Below are positions 23,461 to 38,570 of a stretch of DNA of 64,000 bases, in pieces. This DNA is from Euprymna scolopes (lineage: Eukaryota). Below the pieces are notes generated by a model, which did not search any database, was not told the origin of the DNA, and saw only the letters and a list, made by a program, of their open reading frames with translations. The stretch lies in the NCBI GenBank assembly GCA_053919585.1, contig CM132786.1; one strand, 5' to 3'. Every line of letters begins with the position of its first letter. The first letter of the stretch is position 1. The translations under genes and the position numbers were made by a program.

Positions 23461-26400
23461 TCTACGTCATCAAAAATGCTTTTGTAGCAGACTAAAAATA
23501 ATCAGCCTAGTTAAACAGCTGACAATTTGGGGTCGTTGATAACTAACAATTATAATAATAACATTATCACAAATACCGTTGGTTAACAGCATAAAGCAAT
23601 AACCAGATTGATAATTATGTCGTATTTGTAACTCCACGTGCTTATACCGTTCTATGTAACGAATACATAATAAAATTCCCTTTACTTTATTTAATATTGT
23701 TCTAATTTACATAAAAATTCGTATACCATCAACTTTCTAATAGATATCATTAGATGTATTTTAGTTGGAAATTGATCGTTTTGTGTAAGTAATGGGAAAT
23801 AATTTGAAAACAGCATACGCCGTTTTTATTTGTATATTTCGCTAAATTCGGAATGGCGGAACAGGATTCGTTTTTCTCCATACATAGTCGTGAATGATTA
23901 CGCCACGCATGCTTATTTTTAGATTACCTAGTTGTTAAATGGGTTCGGATTTAAAATAGCATGATATCAAGTTGTAATAATATTTAGAATTATAAATAAA
24001 CTCATCACAAAGACGTAAATATGGCCGGAAAATTATTTTTATAGATTTGCTTAACGGTTTACATGTAATCGGATATAAATAGTGGAATCGTTTTTTTCGT
24101 TGATTTCTTTTTCTCAGTAGCTATATTTTAACAAACGTTAAAAACACACCAATTTCAACGAAGCTATTGACACGTATCCAATGACCAAGCGGATTCGAAC
24201 AAAGAGAAATATAAGAAAGAGAAGGAAAAATATGTGTTGGAGGGGGGAGACTTTTTAGCATATATCGAAAAGGCAGTTTTTTAACCGAAGTACGATAGCA
24301 ACTTTTAAACAAGATGCAAGACTCGTTTATCCCCAAAATATTTAACAATATTTTCAGACGACAGTATACAGCAGAACGAATTGCAGACATAATAGCTGGT
24401 TATAACTGCAGACTAAGAAACGGTTGATTGACCTCAGGAAACCTTGGAAAAATTGTGTCAAGAGAGTAAATGTTAAAACTACCTATAATACATGACTTTT
24501 TTTCAATTGAAGTAAAAACTCGTATTGAAATGTATTCCTTTATTTCTCTGCGTAACTTTTACACACAACGTCAGGCCCCTGTTAATATAAAACGACAACG
24601 TTACACCAACACGTAGCTTTATTTAACTCTTATATAGAGGTGTATTTCTATGGATCAAAATACATTCGAAAAAAGCACTGAACTCTAGATTTTCACTGTG
24701 CAAAAATATGAATTTGTAATAATTAGGGCTATGACAAGAGAGTATTTTTCCCTTATTTTGACTCTCGAGTGTATATCAGTTAACATCTCATATGTTGTTA
24801 GATAGAGTGATGGGGATCTCGATTGATTAACTGTGTCTATGTCGGATATATGCTCGAGAGTCCAAACAATGATAAGCATATTCTAGTAATAATTTACGTA
24901 TCTCATACTGAGAAGCTATTCCCCTATTCCTCTCTATTTTTAAAAATCTTTATCTGTAATAAAACATCTGCAAAATGTTACCTCCTTGGGCAAAGTATTG
25001 TAGAATCACATAACTATATAACAGCTAAAATACAGCCACATGTTAGTGTAACGTTGTCAACAACAGATTTCACATACAAATTTAATACATCTAGGATAAT
25101 ACCACTATCTTACGTAGCTTCCGAAATCACTTTAGATACATTCAATCGTGATGATAAAATATTATATTGAACCTTACGAGCCACAATATCATAATTGCAA
25201 GATCTTTAGAGGAAAGAGTCCCTGCTTTCTTTTTTAATTTTGTCCTACCACTGCTACCAGTTGTCACCGGGGCAAATTCTAGACGTTCCACAGATTCTGT
25301 GATTACACGGGCCGTAACAGGACATACATACATAGACCCAACATAATCTCTCGATTTTCCGATCAATAAATAATAAAGGCGTCTTCATAAAAGTCCATCC
25401 ATTCCGATGTGCTGAACTCTGAAAATTCTCATATTCTGGAATCCAGTTTTTCACTTTATAAAAGAACGTTTACTAACATTAAACTATGGCGTCACTAAGA
25501 TATATATTATTTTTCCCAGCGTCAAGTTCATTGTATGCACATGTCATTACCGTCATATAAGATCGAAAAATGCAATGGAGAGATAATCATTAAACGAACG
25601 TTAAATAACCCCACGCCCGAATATTTGTCCATTTTCTATTAAGATCTCTTCCTAAAAAACAAGAGAAACAAACAAAAAACAAAGTAAAAAATAGGGAACT
25701 TTGTTTATTATTTTATCTTTTCCATGCGATTTAACGACATTTAGAGGTTTTCTGGCATTACAATAATTAATATAGCATGTAAAATTGTCGCCGATAAATA
25801 GTTTTAATGTAATAATGCTATGCGTGATAATATTTATGTAATAAAGTGCGCGCATTGTTTGGTTATAGCAAAACTAATATTGAGCGACAATTCTACTTGT
25901 TATTCGTTTACAAATGACTCAGAAACCAATAAATATCATCAAAATAAGGTGAATGTAAATGGCTGTGAGAAACAAGCAATTTAAATTTTTTATGAACCTA
26001 GAATATTAACTTTTATTAATGCGATAGAGCGAATATGGTTATATTATAACATGTTAACTCTAGATTAAATTTAAGGAGGTTAGCTACCAAATATTTGCGT
26101 TTTTAAAATTATTATGTTCACAAAACACAGAAGTTTTTTGAACGAAATAAAACGAACGTATTTTGTGCCTACAATCTTATTTCCGCAACATACTACTTTT
26201 AATAAAATTCCGGAACAAATTGTAATAAAAATACGCGATTATTTAGAAGCAAAACGCTTTATTATATAAATATATATTAAATATGTCGGTTAAAACCATC
26301 TCCACTCTACACAAGCGCACAAATAATAATTATACTGACGTGAAAATACATGTTGATATATTTACGTTCACACTCTTAGTTTTTTTTTTCAATTTGGCCT

Positions 26401-27758
26401 TTTTGTCTGGCTATAATTTTTAATTTAGCCTTTTTGGCCTTTTTTCTGAAGGATTTAACTTCAAATATTTAGTCGAGTCTAGCAACCTAATTGGGGTCAG
26501 CTATTTGATACATTTACTTCTTTTAAAACCTTTAAAACACACGAAATTTCAGACTGGAAAATTATTTTAAAAGGAATTCGTGGACCTCAAGAAGGCTGCA
26601 CCTAGCATTAACTGTTTTGTTTTTCACGTTCGTAAAATTTTCAGGCGATTATCAGCGCTTAGAACCAAATTTGGAGTTATAACGTTCCACTACAGTGAAC
26701 ACACCCGTTGTCAATACTGTCACTAGTTTTAGAGTTTTCCTGTTTCACTTTTTCGCAAATAGTAGATTATATGCTCAGCTTTCACATTACAAAAATACCT
26801 TGGAAAAATTGTATAGACATTACTAAAAGAAAAAAGGAGGGGCAGAATGAATAACTGACAAAGAAGTGTGTGTTCCATTTATTATGACGTAATCATTACG
26901 AATGGTACTTTGACTATTACAACCATTCAAAAACAACCGTAAATTTCTTTTTTAATCTGAAAATCAAGCCAGTATCCGATGATAATCGCCGGAAAAATTA
27001 GGACAGAGTTAAAACAAAAGATGTAAAGGTCAGGGAATCATGTTCAGGTCCGTGATTTTTAGTTATTTTTTTTCCTCGTAGCACAATGTTTCCCCCGGAA
27101 TAAATACACTGAAATATAATTGATATTTAGTTCATTCTTTTATTTTCATTATATATTACAACCGGACTGTAACAACCGCTAGCTATTAGGCCACACTATC
27201 CTACTTTTATTTGACACGTTAGGTGAAGGCACATAATAATCACATCACGTAATCAAATTCCTATGTAAAGAGAGGGGTTATAGATACTAACGCTGTTATT
27301 TACGTACGGTACATTCATTTTGGACACAGTCACAGGTGACCACTATTTTATCGGGCCGGCAGTGGCTTCCACTAAAAACGTAGTTTAACTTTTTTTTTAC
27401 AGGTGGGGTGGCGGCATAGTTTTACCGGGAAACGATGGTACACAAGTCTTGCGGGTATGTATTATTTTACGAAATGTGCTGATAAAACTGCGGACCTAAT
27501 TAAGTGTTTAGTTCTGAAAAAATAGTAAATGTTACTTGTTGAATATTTATGTGAGGGAGTCTAGTAGTCCAGCGAAGATATAATAAGTATTAAGAATAGA
27601 AAATTAATGCGTAATTAATTAACAAGTAATTTAAAGAGAGACATACTAAAGCGTAATGTAATTGTATTACGAAAAAAAAAAATGAAAGTACGATGTTTGG
27701 TTTATTGTTTTTGATTGCGGAATGCGAGAACGGATTTAAATTATATATATATATATAC

Positions 27759-27760
<2 letters not shown>

Positions 27761-27815
<55 letters not shown>

Positions 27816-27837
27816 AATATATATATATATATATATT
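27761..27837. repeat. (CA)n/(TA)n microsatellite
   Basis: About 24 CA units followed by TA runs. Confidence 0.95.
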
Positions 27838-27865
27838 ATACATCTGTAAATATACTTGATTGTTT

Positions 27866-28207
27866 TGGCCCTGTCGGTGGGGCATTAGATTATGCTGACT
27901 GCCCCCCTGCAGAGGGTAAAAGTCCCTCAATGGAGGTCCTGGATATGAACTTAAACTATATCCAGTGGTGAGGCCCCAGCTTGTGGGCTTTGGGGAGTGT
28001 GGAGCCACCCTTTAATTACCATTGCCCCCAGGTCCACTTTGACCCGGAGTGGTAGTACCTGCTTGTGTCCCAACTATGGGTTAAATACAAACCGACGTGA
28101 AAACAACAAATATATTGTATTAAAAAAATTTTTCTTCAAAATCTTTGGATTCGGCATTAAATACCCCGAAAAGGGTTGATATGCCATAAAACAAAAACAA
28201 CCAAACA
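27866..28207 (+). mobile_element. Full-length SINE-like family copy B
   Basis: Reverse-complement homologue of copy A; TSD acttgattgttt (27854-27865) / actttattgttt (28208-28219). Confidence 0.85.
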
Positions 28208-28317
28208 ACTTTATTGTTTATTTTGTATATCAGCATTAAATAATTTATACAGAAACATATTTTACCTTAAAGCTCGTTCGAATAATTTTGCTGTCATCAA
28301 TGTGATGTCGCAAGATG

Positions 28318-28352
<35 letters not shown>

Positions 28353-28496
28353 GCTCCCTATCTGTGGTTAAGCATATTGGGAAGTGATATACAAACTGTC
28401 ATTAGCGTATGAAGCGATGTTCTTTGTGTAAACAAATCGAAAGTCGGCATTTGAACGATGTAAACATATGCTCAATTCACTATTCGCACAACATCA

Positions 28497-28613
28497 GTCG
28501 CATAGCGTAATAGTTAAAAGCTTTGGCTGTCGTTTGGTTGGTCGGGTTTGGCTCCTGGCTTGCTCCTCTGATGAGGTGTAGTACTACGAAAAAGTACTAT
28601 ATGTGGATTACAC
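28497..28613 (+). ncRNA. tRNA-headed element with minimal hammerhead-like motif
   Basis: A-box-like tagcgtaatag, B-box-like gggtttggctcc, then CTGATGA-G(11 nt)C-GAA-AAAGTACTAT-A (one mismatch from the palindrome ATAGTACTAT); stem I poor; abuts (TA)n. Confidence 0.4.
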
Positions 28614-29730
28614 TATATATATATATATATATATACATGGATGTCTGCAATTCTAAATAGTGCTCTGTTATTGATTACTTGATGGTAAGTGAAAAAAGGA
28701 CCAAAATGAAAAACGTATATTAAATATATCACTAAGAAATTATCCATAACACTGTTCGTTCAACTTTACGTTAAATTATCTGTATAACAACCACAATTTA
28801 GGCGGCTTCTGAAACAACCGCCATTATAGGTTCTGTCAAACATGCATACCAAGCTTCCTCTCAATATTTTGAAAGTATAAACATTTTGTACTTTATTCGC
28901 TAGCACTCTGAATAATAATTACAGCACATATTCAAATTTTTTCTATGCGTTGTATCTATCCATCAGTTTCTACAGTTTAATGTCCGTCATTTTCTTCCAC
29001 GAGAGAGACTATATAAAAAAAAAATCTACAATAAAATACAAATTGTTTTTTTTTATAATTATGCGTCCAAAATATCTACGATGAGTATAGTACGTTTTGC
29101 AAGAATTTTACTAGTTGGAGCATGATCATAGCATTTACCGAAGTACATTATTTCGCATGCAGAATATTTAGATGAAATCTTTTCAGTTTAATTTTGTTGT
29201 TCATTTCATGGCAACAATATTGTTAGACGTGTGTAATTTTTTGTACGACGAATGCTGTACAAGCCCTCAGCAAGTGGGCAAGTACACAGTATACTAATAT
29301 GTCTCGGTGACATAATCGAGAGAAAACCAGAGAAGATGATAATGTTACCTGTAAGACGCAGAGAAAGTAAGAAAACTTTCTAAAGCGAAACTTTTCTTAA
29401 CATTTAGAATAACAAAGAATTAAAATGTTTCTAGAAAATGCAATTAATTATTTGTCGTTTGTATTAAAACGCAGAGAAAAATGCTCAACATAATTAATTA
29501 TAATTATTACATTATATTACTAGAGATCCCTCGCGAATCAACACACATTTGAGGATTTTACATGATGCGGACTATTGATAAAACACATACATCTACGTAT
29601 GGAACAAGATGGCACTCTGATAGATTTTACTTTAATAAACTATGATTAAAACAAGCCGTACACTTCTTCCGATGTTGACTAGACATTCATCACACTGACA
29701 ACTGAGATAATGGATTTTCAGTGTATTTCT

Positions 29731-29950
29731 GGTTGTTGGTTGGTTGTTTTTGTTTTACGGCATATCAACCTTTTTTCAGGTTATTTTATGCAGAATCCAG
29801 TGATTTTGAAGAAACATTATTTGATAGAATATATTTGTTGGTCAGGGTGGATCTGGGAGCAATTGCAATTAAGGGGTGGCTCCACACTCCCCCAACGCCC
29901 GCAAGCTGAAGCCTCACCATCGGATATATATTTTAAGGTCATATCAAGGG
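29731..29950 (-). mobile_element. SINE-like family copy D, truncated with internal deletion
   Basis: Aligns to copy A with ~60 bp missing before ggtcagggtggatctggg. Confidence 0.8.
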
Positions 29951-31649
29951 CCAGCGTATTTCTGGAAACGACAATCTCTTAAATAGAACGCACGAAAGGC
30001 ACTAGCCTTCTAATATGACTAAGAATCACCAAATGATCGGCGATGAAAAATTGTCCTGCTGAATCAGATACGGCAATTTGAAATAAAATGAATATAATTC
30101 ATTGTCACTATAAATATAAATGAAAAAAATGATCTCCAGTAACAATGTTATGTGTTGTATGCTTCATTCGATATCTATTGTCTTTTTGTTCTCAGCTTAA
30201 AAATTTCTAAATCCTGATTAGCAAACAAAAAGTTTCCCTTCATTAAAAGTTAAATTAACTTAATCTTTATGCATATTCTTTAATGCTGTAGATAAGTCTG
30301 TCAAAGCTAAAATGAATTCTGTTGATGAATAAATGAAAATCCATAAAATTCGTTTTGTTTTTGCAGGGATGATTAGAGAACGAGCAATTCCATTAATGTT
30401 ATTTTCCTTTGTCTTTAAACAAATAAAGATCCACGCCCTTAACATTACCAGCCTAAGCGAAAGAGATTGTCTCTGATAAATAGAATTGCCAAAACGTTCT
30501 GTAATTTAATAAGAACGATATCTAGTTTATGCAAATTCGTTTGCGAGGTAAGTTTATAATCTCGCTGACAAAATAAAAGAAAGTAAGATCTGTCATCATT
30601 TTTTATCCTCAAACTACGTAATTCACTGGAATTAATATCACATATGCCGTTCTGCACCCCCCTCGTTAAACCTTATCAACATCCAGGTTTTTAAATAAAA
30701 AAAATCTGCAAGTTCATTTGACTTATCTGATTTTACTTATCCCATTACTTAAGTTGTGTAATATTTATTTCGTTCATATTTTATCATATAAATATGTTCA
30801 CTGATTAAACATACATGTCATTTTGGTATCTTATCTTTATTAAATGATCCGAATGTGTCTGCTTATCAAATACACGTCTTCGTTAAAGTATATGATGTAA
30901 TTAACAATATTTATAAACAAAATAAGAACTGGTCCACACATGACTACAGTCTAGCAGTAATGTACAAAACTACTTCTGGTGAGTAAAATACCTTTCACTG
31001 TCTGTGATACACACTTTGACTCTTTCCAATGCAAAAAAACAAAAAAAAAAACGTGTATCTGTTGCTTTCGTAAAATGAATGTTTTTAAAAGTATCCAAAC
31101 TCCTATAAATGTGTTTTTGTGTATTGACATTCATATAAAAACCTTTTTTCTATTTATTTCAAAAATGCACCTTTTTATATATTGGTGGTGGAATTGCATT
31201 CATCTCCAAAAGATCTAGGTAATATGTATATTCTTTTAAACATTCATTTTAATTAATTCCCTATTTTCTTAGGTTTTCGTATGGGATGATCATCTTTAGT
31301 AAACTATTACGTGTAATTATATTCATGCAGATATTCTACAGGATGTATACTTGCGTAATATTTTGCTATAGTAAACAAAAACATCTTTATATATACATAT
31401 GTATATATATACATGCTTATATATATATATATATATATATATTTGTTTAAAAAGTTGTGCCTACCAAACTTCTCTGTCAGTTAATGGTCTACATACATTA
31501 AACTTAATATATAGGGTATTTGAACCGATTCGTAACTTTATATGTGTGTTTCAGCCGGGAAAATCGGCACACAAGTGTGAAAATTAAAGAAATGGAATTT
31601 GCTAGGTGAAGGCCGAACGAAGACATTACGAATATGCATGAGAAACGTA

Positions 31650-31821
31650 ATAGCTATTGGTTCATGTTCAATTTTTAGACTTGCAGCAAACATGTCTTCA
31701 TAGCGCAGGCATTAAAGTCAGATGGAAAAAGTAAATCGAAAGCTAAATACCAAATCTGCATTAATCAAAATATTGTATTTAAGCGAATTTTAGGACCTGG
31801 CAATGCCGGTCAGCGTGCTAG
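31650..31821 (+). mobile_element. Helitron 3' end
   Basis: Hairpin gacctggc-aat-gccggtc then CTAG|T; upstream NIVFKRIL resembles the RepHel helicase C-terminus (NIVYxEVL). Confidence 0.55.
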
Positions 31822-33388
31822 TATATATACTAGAGCGTTTTGCAAAAATGTACATCTTTTTTATTAGAATAGATGTCAGAATAAATCGTTAAATTTTATC
31901 AAAATAGATAGTTAAATTTTGTCAAAATATATGCTTAAATTTGTGTGCAATCTTGCATGGAATATTTATCTTTAATATCTACGCAATATAGCTGAGTGTA
32001 TATAACAAGTTAATTTAATGTATTCGTATTTTTTATGCGCGTCTTTTACGTATGTAATCTGTCTATTACATTTGCGTACATAACAAGATGTATATGTAAT
32101 ATGTGTTTGTGATCAGCTAATTTCTCTCTAAAAAATAGAGTTCATACATACGCCTGACGACGTCTATAGAGTGTGCACATATACTTATAAGTGTGCATAA
32201 CATATAAATACGGTTCAACTAACAATGAGAATAGCACTTTACAAACAAACAGTCCTTTTACATAAAGACACTGATAACATTTTGCTTAAAGTTGACATCT
32301 AGCCAAATATCTTTTAGGCTTAGTTGACGGATCTTCAAAAGTTGCAATAAAGATTTTCCCAAAGAAACAACAATCAAGTCTCGGTAATATTTTCAAGCAA
32401 TGTTTAGTACAGGAGGTTCCCTGTTTAAAAGTTTTCAGCTCTTAGTGTTCTACATTTTTGCTATACTCTGCCCTGGTAGCTTTCGTACCGTACAGAAGCA
32501 ATTACAACCAGCCGCCATTTTTCCGATGGTTAGCTGACTCCCGCCGTAATTTCAACTCGTCTATCTACCCAAAACTGACTCGGAGGCTCACTTTCTAAAT
32601 TGCCTACCTGTATATATAAAATACCTCTGTACAACTAAGTCTTCACTACAACGTAGCATTATAGAACAAAAACAGCTGATATTTGTCAAGTGATGCATTT
32701 GTTATTTTTGTTATCTAAAATTCCCAACTGTTTTATATTAAAATTCCCAAGTTACCATTCAGGATATTTATGCTGAAAAGAAAACATGTAGAATTCGAAA
32801 AAAATCGCAATGCTATTCTTACATGATTCCGTCCCGACTTTGTCTGAGAATCAACAATACTACATCTGTTAATCCGTATTTAACTCTAAGTACACATCTA
32901 ACAAAAAAAACACATTTTAGTTTGCTGTCACTTATCATATCAAAAGTCAATACTATATTTCATCCAACACGACTCAGTAGTTTCCTAATACTTCTAGAGT
33001 AAATATGTATTGTTTTTACTAATTATTCTTAATGCCCATAAGTGCATACAAAATCTATTGGATAAATTCAGTAGTAACTTGTAGAAACTTGACCCACATT
33101 ACATATATATTAAGTTCCAATAAAGTGAAGAAAAGTAAACGCATTTACTGGGAATATAATAAAGTTTAATGTTGAAATAACACAATATAATATATCTATT
33201 TAAATACATTTTTAATATAATTTCGCAAAAATAGTTTTCTTCCGTAAAAATCTACTTGATAAATTTCTCTGATTAAAACATTTCCTTCACGAATATCCTA
33301 TTCAATATACTACCTATTCCATACTTTGTTATATGCATTATGATCCAACGGATCGGGTTATATAGCATATATATATATACATAGATAG

Positions 33389-33459
<71 letters not shown>

Positions 33460-35250
33460 CAGAGATGGAGTGGGAGAGAGAGAGGTAGATACATACTTCT
33501 TATTATACTAGACAATCATGTCCTTATACTTGCAAAAAGGAATCTTAATATTATTTTAAAAGAACGTAGGGTAAAATAACGGCAATCATTACCTCAACTA
33601 GTATATATATGCTTCCCACAACCCCGTGTTTCATAGCAAACGTGACACTCTTCTTCAATGCCTTATTGAATAGATATAATCCAGTAAAATGCATTTAAAA
33701 TTATAAAGTTGAATCCATTCACTCCGATGTTGGTTCGTTTTTTTTTTTCGTCGCTTAACGAACCAAATCCGTTGCCATTCCGTTCTGCAGAATTAACGCT
33801 GCCTAATTGCAGTTAAGATTTTCTTAGAAAACTTGATTCCGCCAGTCAACCACAATCACTCGCATTCCGTGGTGTGTGTTGAAGGTTGTGTTAATAAAAG
33901 GTGTTATTGTTTTTAACAAGCGTTTTCTGACATTTTCTTTTGATTGCTTGGAAACTTTTCTTCCCTCCAGCACCAACTCCAACCTTCGTCAGCTGGACCG
34001 TACTCATCTCTTCTTTCTATGGATCTTTAAACAACGTGGGTGTGGAAGGAAACAGAGAAAGACCAGTCGAAACATGTGGTGATCACTTAACCATTAGCCA
34101 ACTCGGGTTCGTTAAGATATTGTCCTACAATAGCGCAGTTCAATAAGTGCCATATTATTAAATGAATATCAGTGGCGGTTGCCATTTTTAATTTGAGGAT
34201 GAGGACATTTTTTCTAACACGCATGCGCATCATTACTTTTTAATTAGGGAAAATATGTCCGCCAGTGAAAACATAAAGGATTCGATGTGATAATCTATTA
34301 AACTATGTGTTTGCTCCAAATTTAAACGTGATAATAGTTTTCAGCAGAGCGGAAATTATAAATCAAAAATATGACGGTGAATGTGTAGTTGCAGTTAAAG
34401 CAATAAAAAATATAGTTATGTATAAACATTTGCTTTATTTTTTTTTAATATCTATTTTAAAACAAGAAAAGAAAGTGAAAAGCTAATTAGCTGGTTGACT
34501 GTGTTTTGGATGTTTTTTTATTAGATTTATAAATGTGTAATGACTTATTGAAAATAAATAGAGTGCAGATAAACATAAATACAAAATGAAAAGTATATTT
34601 ACTGGACCAAAACAATCAGTAAATTTAAAATTGTCGATGCGAATGAAACGTGACAGTAAAACAGAGTAACGAAGCTAGCACTCCCTCAAACGTATTTCAA
34701 ATATTGTGTTTTGTTATTGATTTAAATAAAAGCTATTCGTTTTATAGAAATGATCAGTGTAACAAAAAACGTTTTTAATTATTTAGACTTCAGAGTAAAC
34801 AATGACCATAAAAGGAAATCGTTTAACTTATTATTTGTTTTTAAAAATGATTATTAACTATTCTAGAGAATGATAGGAAAAATTAATTAGTTTGATAACA
34901 TGACGCTGTTTTAGGTTTCTCTTGCTATAAAGTAAGTTTCTACCACGAAAGAACATAAAGAAAAGGTTGTTAAATTGACTTAAAATGTCTCACATTATTA
35001 TTTCAGCACTGAATATACTCTCCATGACGCATCGTGGTATGTGCTGCATTCAAGTATACTCGGAGTTTTTCTTTATGGAGATCTTCGATTATGATGATTA
35101 ACAAAATATCATTCAAATTTTGCGGTGACAAGTACTTTTAGAGATCATTAATTACAAGGTTTGTACACCCGATCGATAAGCAAATCTACTTCTCGCCTAC
35201 CGACACTTATTGCATTATTTCTTCCACAAATAGGCGTACATATAAAAATA

Positions 35251-36184
35251 TGACATATATAACTATGATGAGGGATACATTTATACAGTTCTTTTATTTC
35301 TTGGGGACTTCGTATTAACAGCTCTTATTACACAGATAGAATGAGAATGCCATTTGTATCAGACAGAGGATGGTTTTCCTTAACACATATTGAGAAGAAC
35401 GTGATATGATACAAAGTTCTTAACACAGAGGAGAGAAGTTACATAATCTTCGAAGGTTTACACAATGTTCATTATAAAATGGTAGACACAATTACCGTTC
35501 GTTCGTGATGAAGGATGACACAAGGCAACAGTTACAACATAATGATGACTTCTTTATTTATCGTATCGGCCGATCGCTGACGTCAGGGATTCAACTTTAG
35601 ATCTACATAGTCTAAATGTTCTCCACTCGCTTCCAAGGGATCAACTGACCAACTGACTGGCTCTCTTCTGACTGACTAAAATCCGAACCTATAATATGGA
35701 GAAATGTCCTTTGTCTATGACGCAAGAAGTGTGTTTTTCAATCGTGACAAATTTCACATGGCTTTATATATATATGTCCAATCCATGTTTGATATACAAA
35801 AGAATCTCCAATTCTAATCTAACCTATTTTTCACAATATAATTTAATTTGCAATGTTCGTTCTTTTACTGACATATTTAATATTCAGATTTCTAAAAGAA
35901 TTAACAATAGACGTAATTTCAACATTCCATTTCTTAACTTTGCCTACAGAGTTCTATTCTTATCTCATTTTCACTTATCTAATAGTCTTCTTATTTACAT
36001 GGAAAGGGGACACTGCCACACAGGCAGTTGTCTACTTCGACAGCCTTCCTTTTTGTGGGGTGTTGAGGATATCTATTCTGAAAGCCGTTATTAAGATGGG
36101 GAGGTTAGTAGTGTGTATTCTGGAAGCCGTTCTTAACATGATGTATTTGGGGTGGCTATTCCAAACGTTGTACTTTACATGACA
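35251..36184. mobile_element. Possible solo LTR-like element
   Basis: Imperfect terminal inverted ends tgacatata...tacatgaca (TG...CA); no clear TSD. Confidence 0.25.
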
Positions 36185-36366
36185 ATACTCAAAGGAGTGA
36201 AGTGAAAAAAAGTATTATTTTTTTACAGGTTAAAAAAGACGAATTAAAGCTGGAATTTAATTTAATAATATTGGTGGAACAGTTTAAAAGGAGCATAAGT
36301 CTTGAACAACAAACGAAAAAAAGCTAGGACGGCTAACATCGATTTCGATCACTCGAAACAGTTAAT

Positions 36367-36982
36367 CTAAAAATTCAGCTTTTACTTTCCGTTATTATTC
36401 TAATGGACGATTTTTCGTAATTTCATTAACTCATACTGATTTACGCATTACCCTCATTGCTTTTGTTATATTCAAACAGATTCTGCATGGTATCGACCAA
36501 AGCCAGCACTAATCGCAATGGGAAAGCCAGATTATATCATTTCAGCCACGGCCGGCTATTGTCTGCAGTTGTTTACTGACGGCAGTAGCCACCACCAACA
36601 ACCGTAGTTTACTTTTTTGCGAGGTAGGGACAGGCTTCCACTGGGCATCGCCGGCTAATGGATACAGTGGTGAATTCCTAACTTATAAAATTTCTATTTT
36701 TACTCCTCATTATTATTATAATGGACCATTTTTCGTAATTTTATTAATTCATACTGATGTATGCATTACCTTAATTACTTTGTTTTTTTTAGATCGAAAT
36801 AGTACATGCTTGCTATCGCACCAAACCAGCACTAATCGCTACTGAAAGCCGGATTATTTCATTTCGGCCAATGTCTGCAATTGTTCCGGGGCGGCAGTTG
36901 CCACAAACAACAACCGTAGTTTATTTTTTGCGAGCTGGGGGCAAACCTCCACCGGGCAATGTTGGTTAGCGGGTCCTGCTAG
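36367..36982 (+). repeat. ~320-bp tandem duplication ending in a Helitron-like 3' end
   Basis: 36367-36660 and 36686-36970 are collinear; ends ccgggcaat...gCTAG|T; related fragment at 27352-27440. Confidence 0.7.
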
Positions 36983-38570
36983 TAGTCAATAAAAAAATTA
37001 TTATGTGTTTGCATTACTGACCTACTACAGTGCTACACGAAATATGCAGTTTTGTATATTTACGTGTATTTTTAGCAAATATTATGGAAGATCATTGACG
37101 TCTTTCAAAAGAACTTGCAAATTAGCAATGCTCTCAATAGTATTAAAAGTAAAAACGCTTTTGATATTCGACATGTACGTCACGAATCTTTTTAGAAATC
37201 GAAAGCGCATCTGATAATCAATTTATTGTATTTANNNNNNNNNNNNNNNNNNNNNNNNNNNNNNNNNNNNNNNNNNNNNNNNNNNNNNNNNNNNNNNNNN
37301 NNNNNNNNNNNNNNNNNNNNNNNNNNNNNNNNNNNNNNNNNNNNNNNNNNNNNNNNNNNNNNNNNNNNNNNNNNGTTAGAAAATAAGTTTCGATTTTTCA
37401 ACTCGTAAATTTTCTCAGATTTTTTTCTTCTCCATATGAATAAAAGGTTAATACAAAATTTGTTTTCTGCTTCCTTTCGGCAACGTCGTCACTCTAGTTT
37501 CCTTTTTCATCGTTTATCCTTACAATTCAATGAACTATATTTCTGACACAGGAAGAAGAAATACTGTAATCTGAGTAAGCATCCGTCCATCTAACACTTC
37601 TTAGCGTGATTTTTTACTTTACAGTTTTTAACTTTTAGCGTTAAGTGATTCATGCCTTGCCTATCATAAAAAACAAACACTTTTGTTGTATTATTATTAC
37701 GCTCCCCAGTTCTAATAATTTAGTGTTTATGTTATCAGCGAGGTTTTTTTTATGGATTGATGACTAAACAGACTAGAAATCCCAATCTTCGACTAAGTTT
37801 TGTTGCTACTAAGATAATTTGACTTTTTAAATCAAAACATCTATCAACTTTTTCCTAGTCAGGAAGCGTATGACAAGCCTTAACGTGTATCACACATATA
37901 TTACATTTTCATCTTTAAACGCATTATAAACACTATGGATTTGCTTGGCTTGTTATTAGCTAACCTTAAATATGGACAGAAATAGCATAGATTCCAAGCC
38001 GATATATACATTATCACAGGCATAGTAGTGTCTATATTTGCATCCATTACACCTTTTGCATGTACTTGGTGAATATATAATTATGGAACAGTAAGAGTGT
38101 CATGTTTTAAGTGAGTTACCTTCACTCTAAACTTCCCCAGATACGGCCCAGGATTTTACTGTTAAAGTTATATTCCTTAAAGTGTTATACGTAGGAATTC
38201 CCTCCCGATCTCTTGCTTTCTCAAATGTATTAACATGCAAAACTATAAGTGTACTGTGAACAAACATCTTGCTACTTAATTCCCAGCATAATCTGTCACT
38301 GAAAGGATAGTTTATAATTCTCAATTGGCCCTTACGTTGCAGTGAACATTCGTCCTGTTTTAAGTGAATATGATTGACAAAAAGTGTCTGTAAAATATAT
38401 ATAAACTTTGCTTTCGCAATCTACAACTACATCTCTTTGGTGTTGGTGCTGACTGATTCTGGTGGCCAGCTGTTAAAAACAACGAGAAATAATGGCAACA
38501 GAGGCGAAGATCACATGGAGAGTGCGTTATTTATACGCTAAACACTCACCTATTTCTTACTAACTGAGTT

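Noticed and set aside
25254-25454. Cys-containing minus-strand ORF
   Set aside because: Non-ATG start, no recognisable domain or convincing splice pattern
27403-27454. Apparent 52-nt exon in frame with the 10-kb candidate (WGGGIVLPGNDGTQVLR)
   Set aside because: Sequence is homologous to the Helitron-like repeat end at 36890-36965, so the splice signals are probably fortuitous
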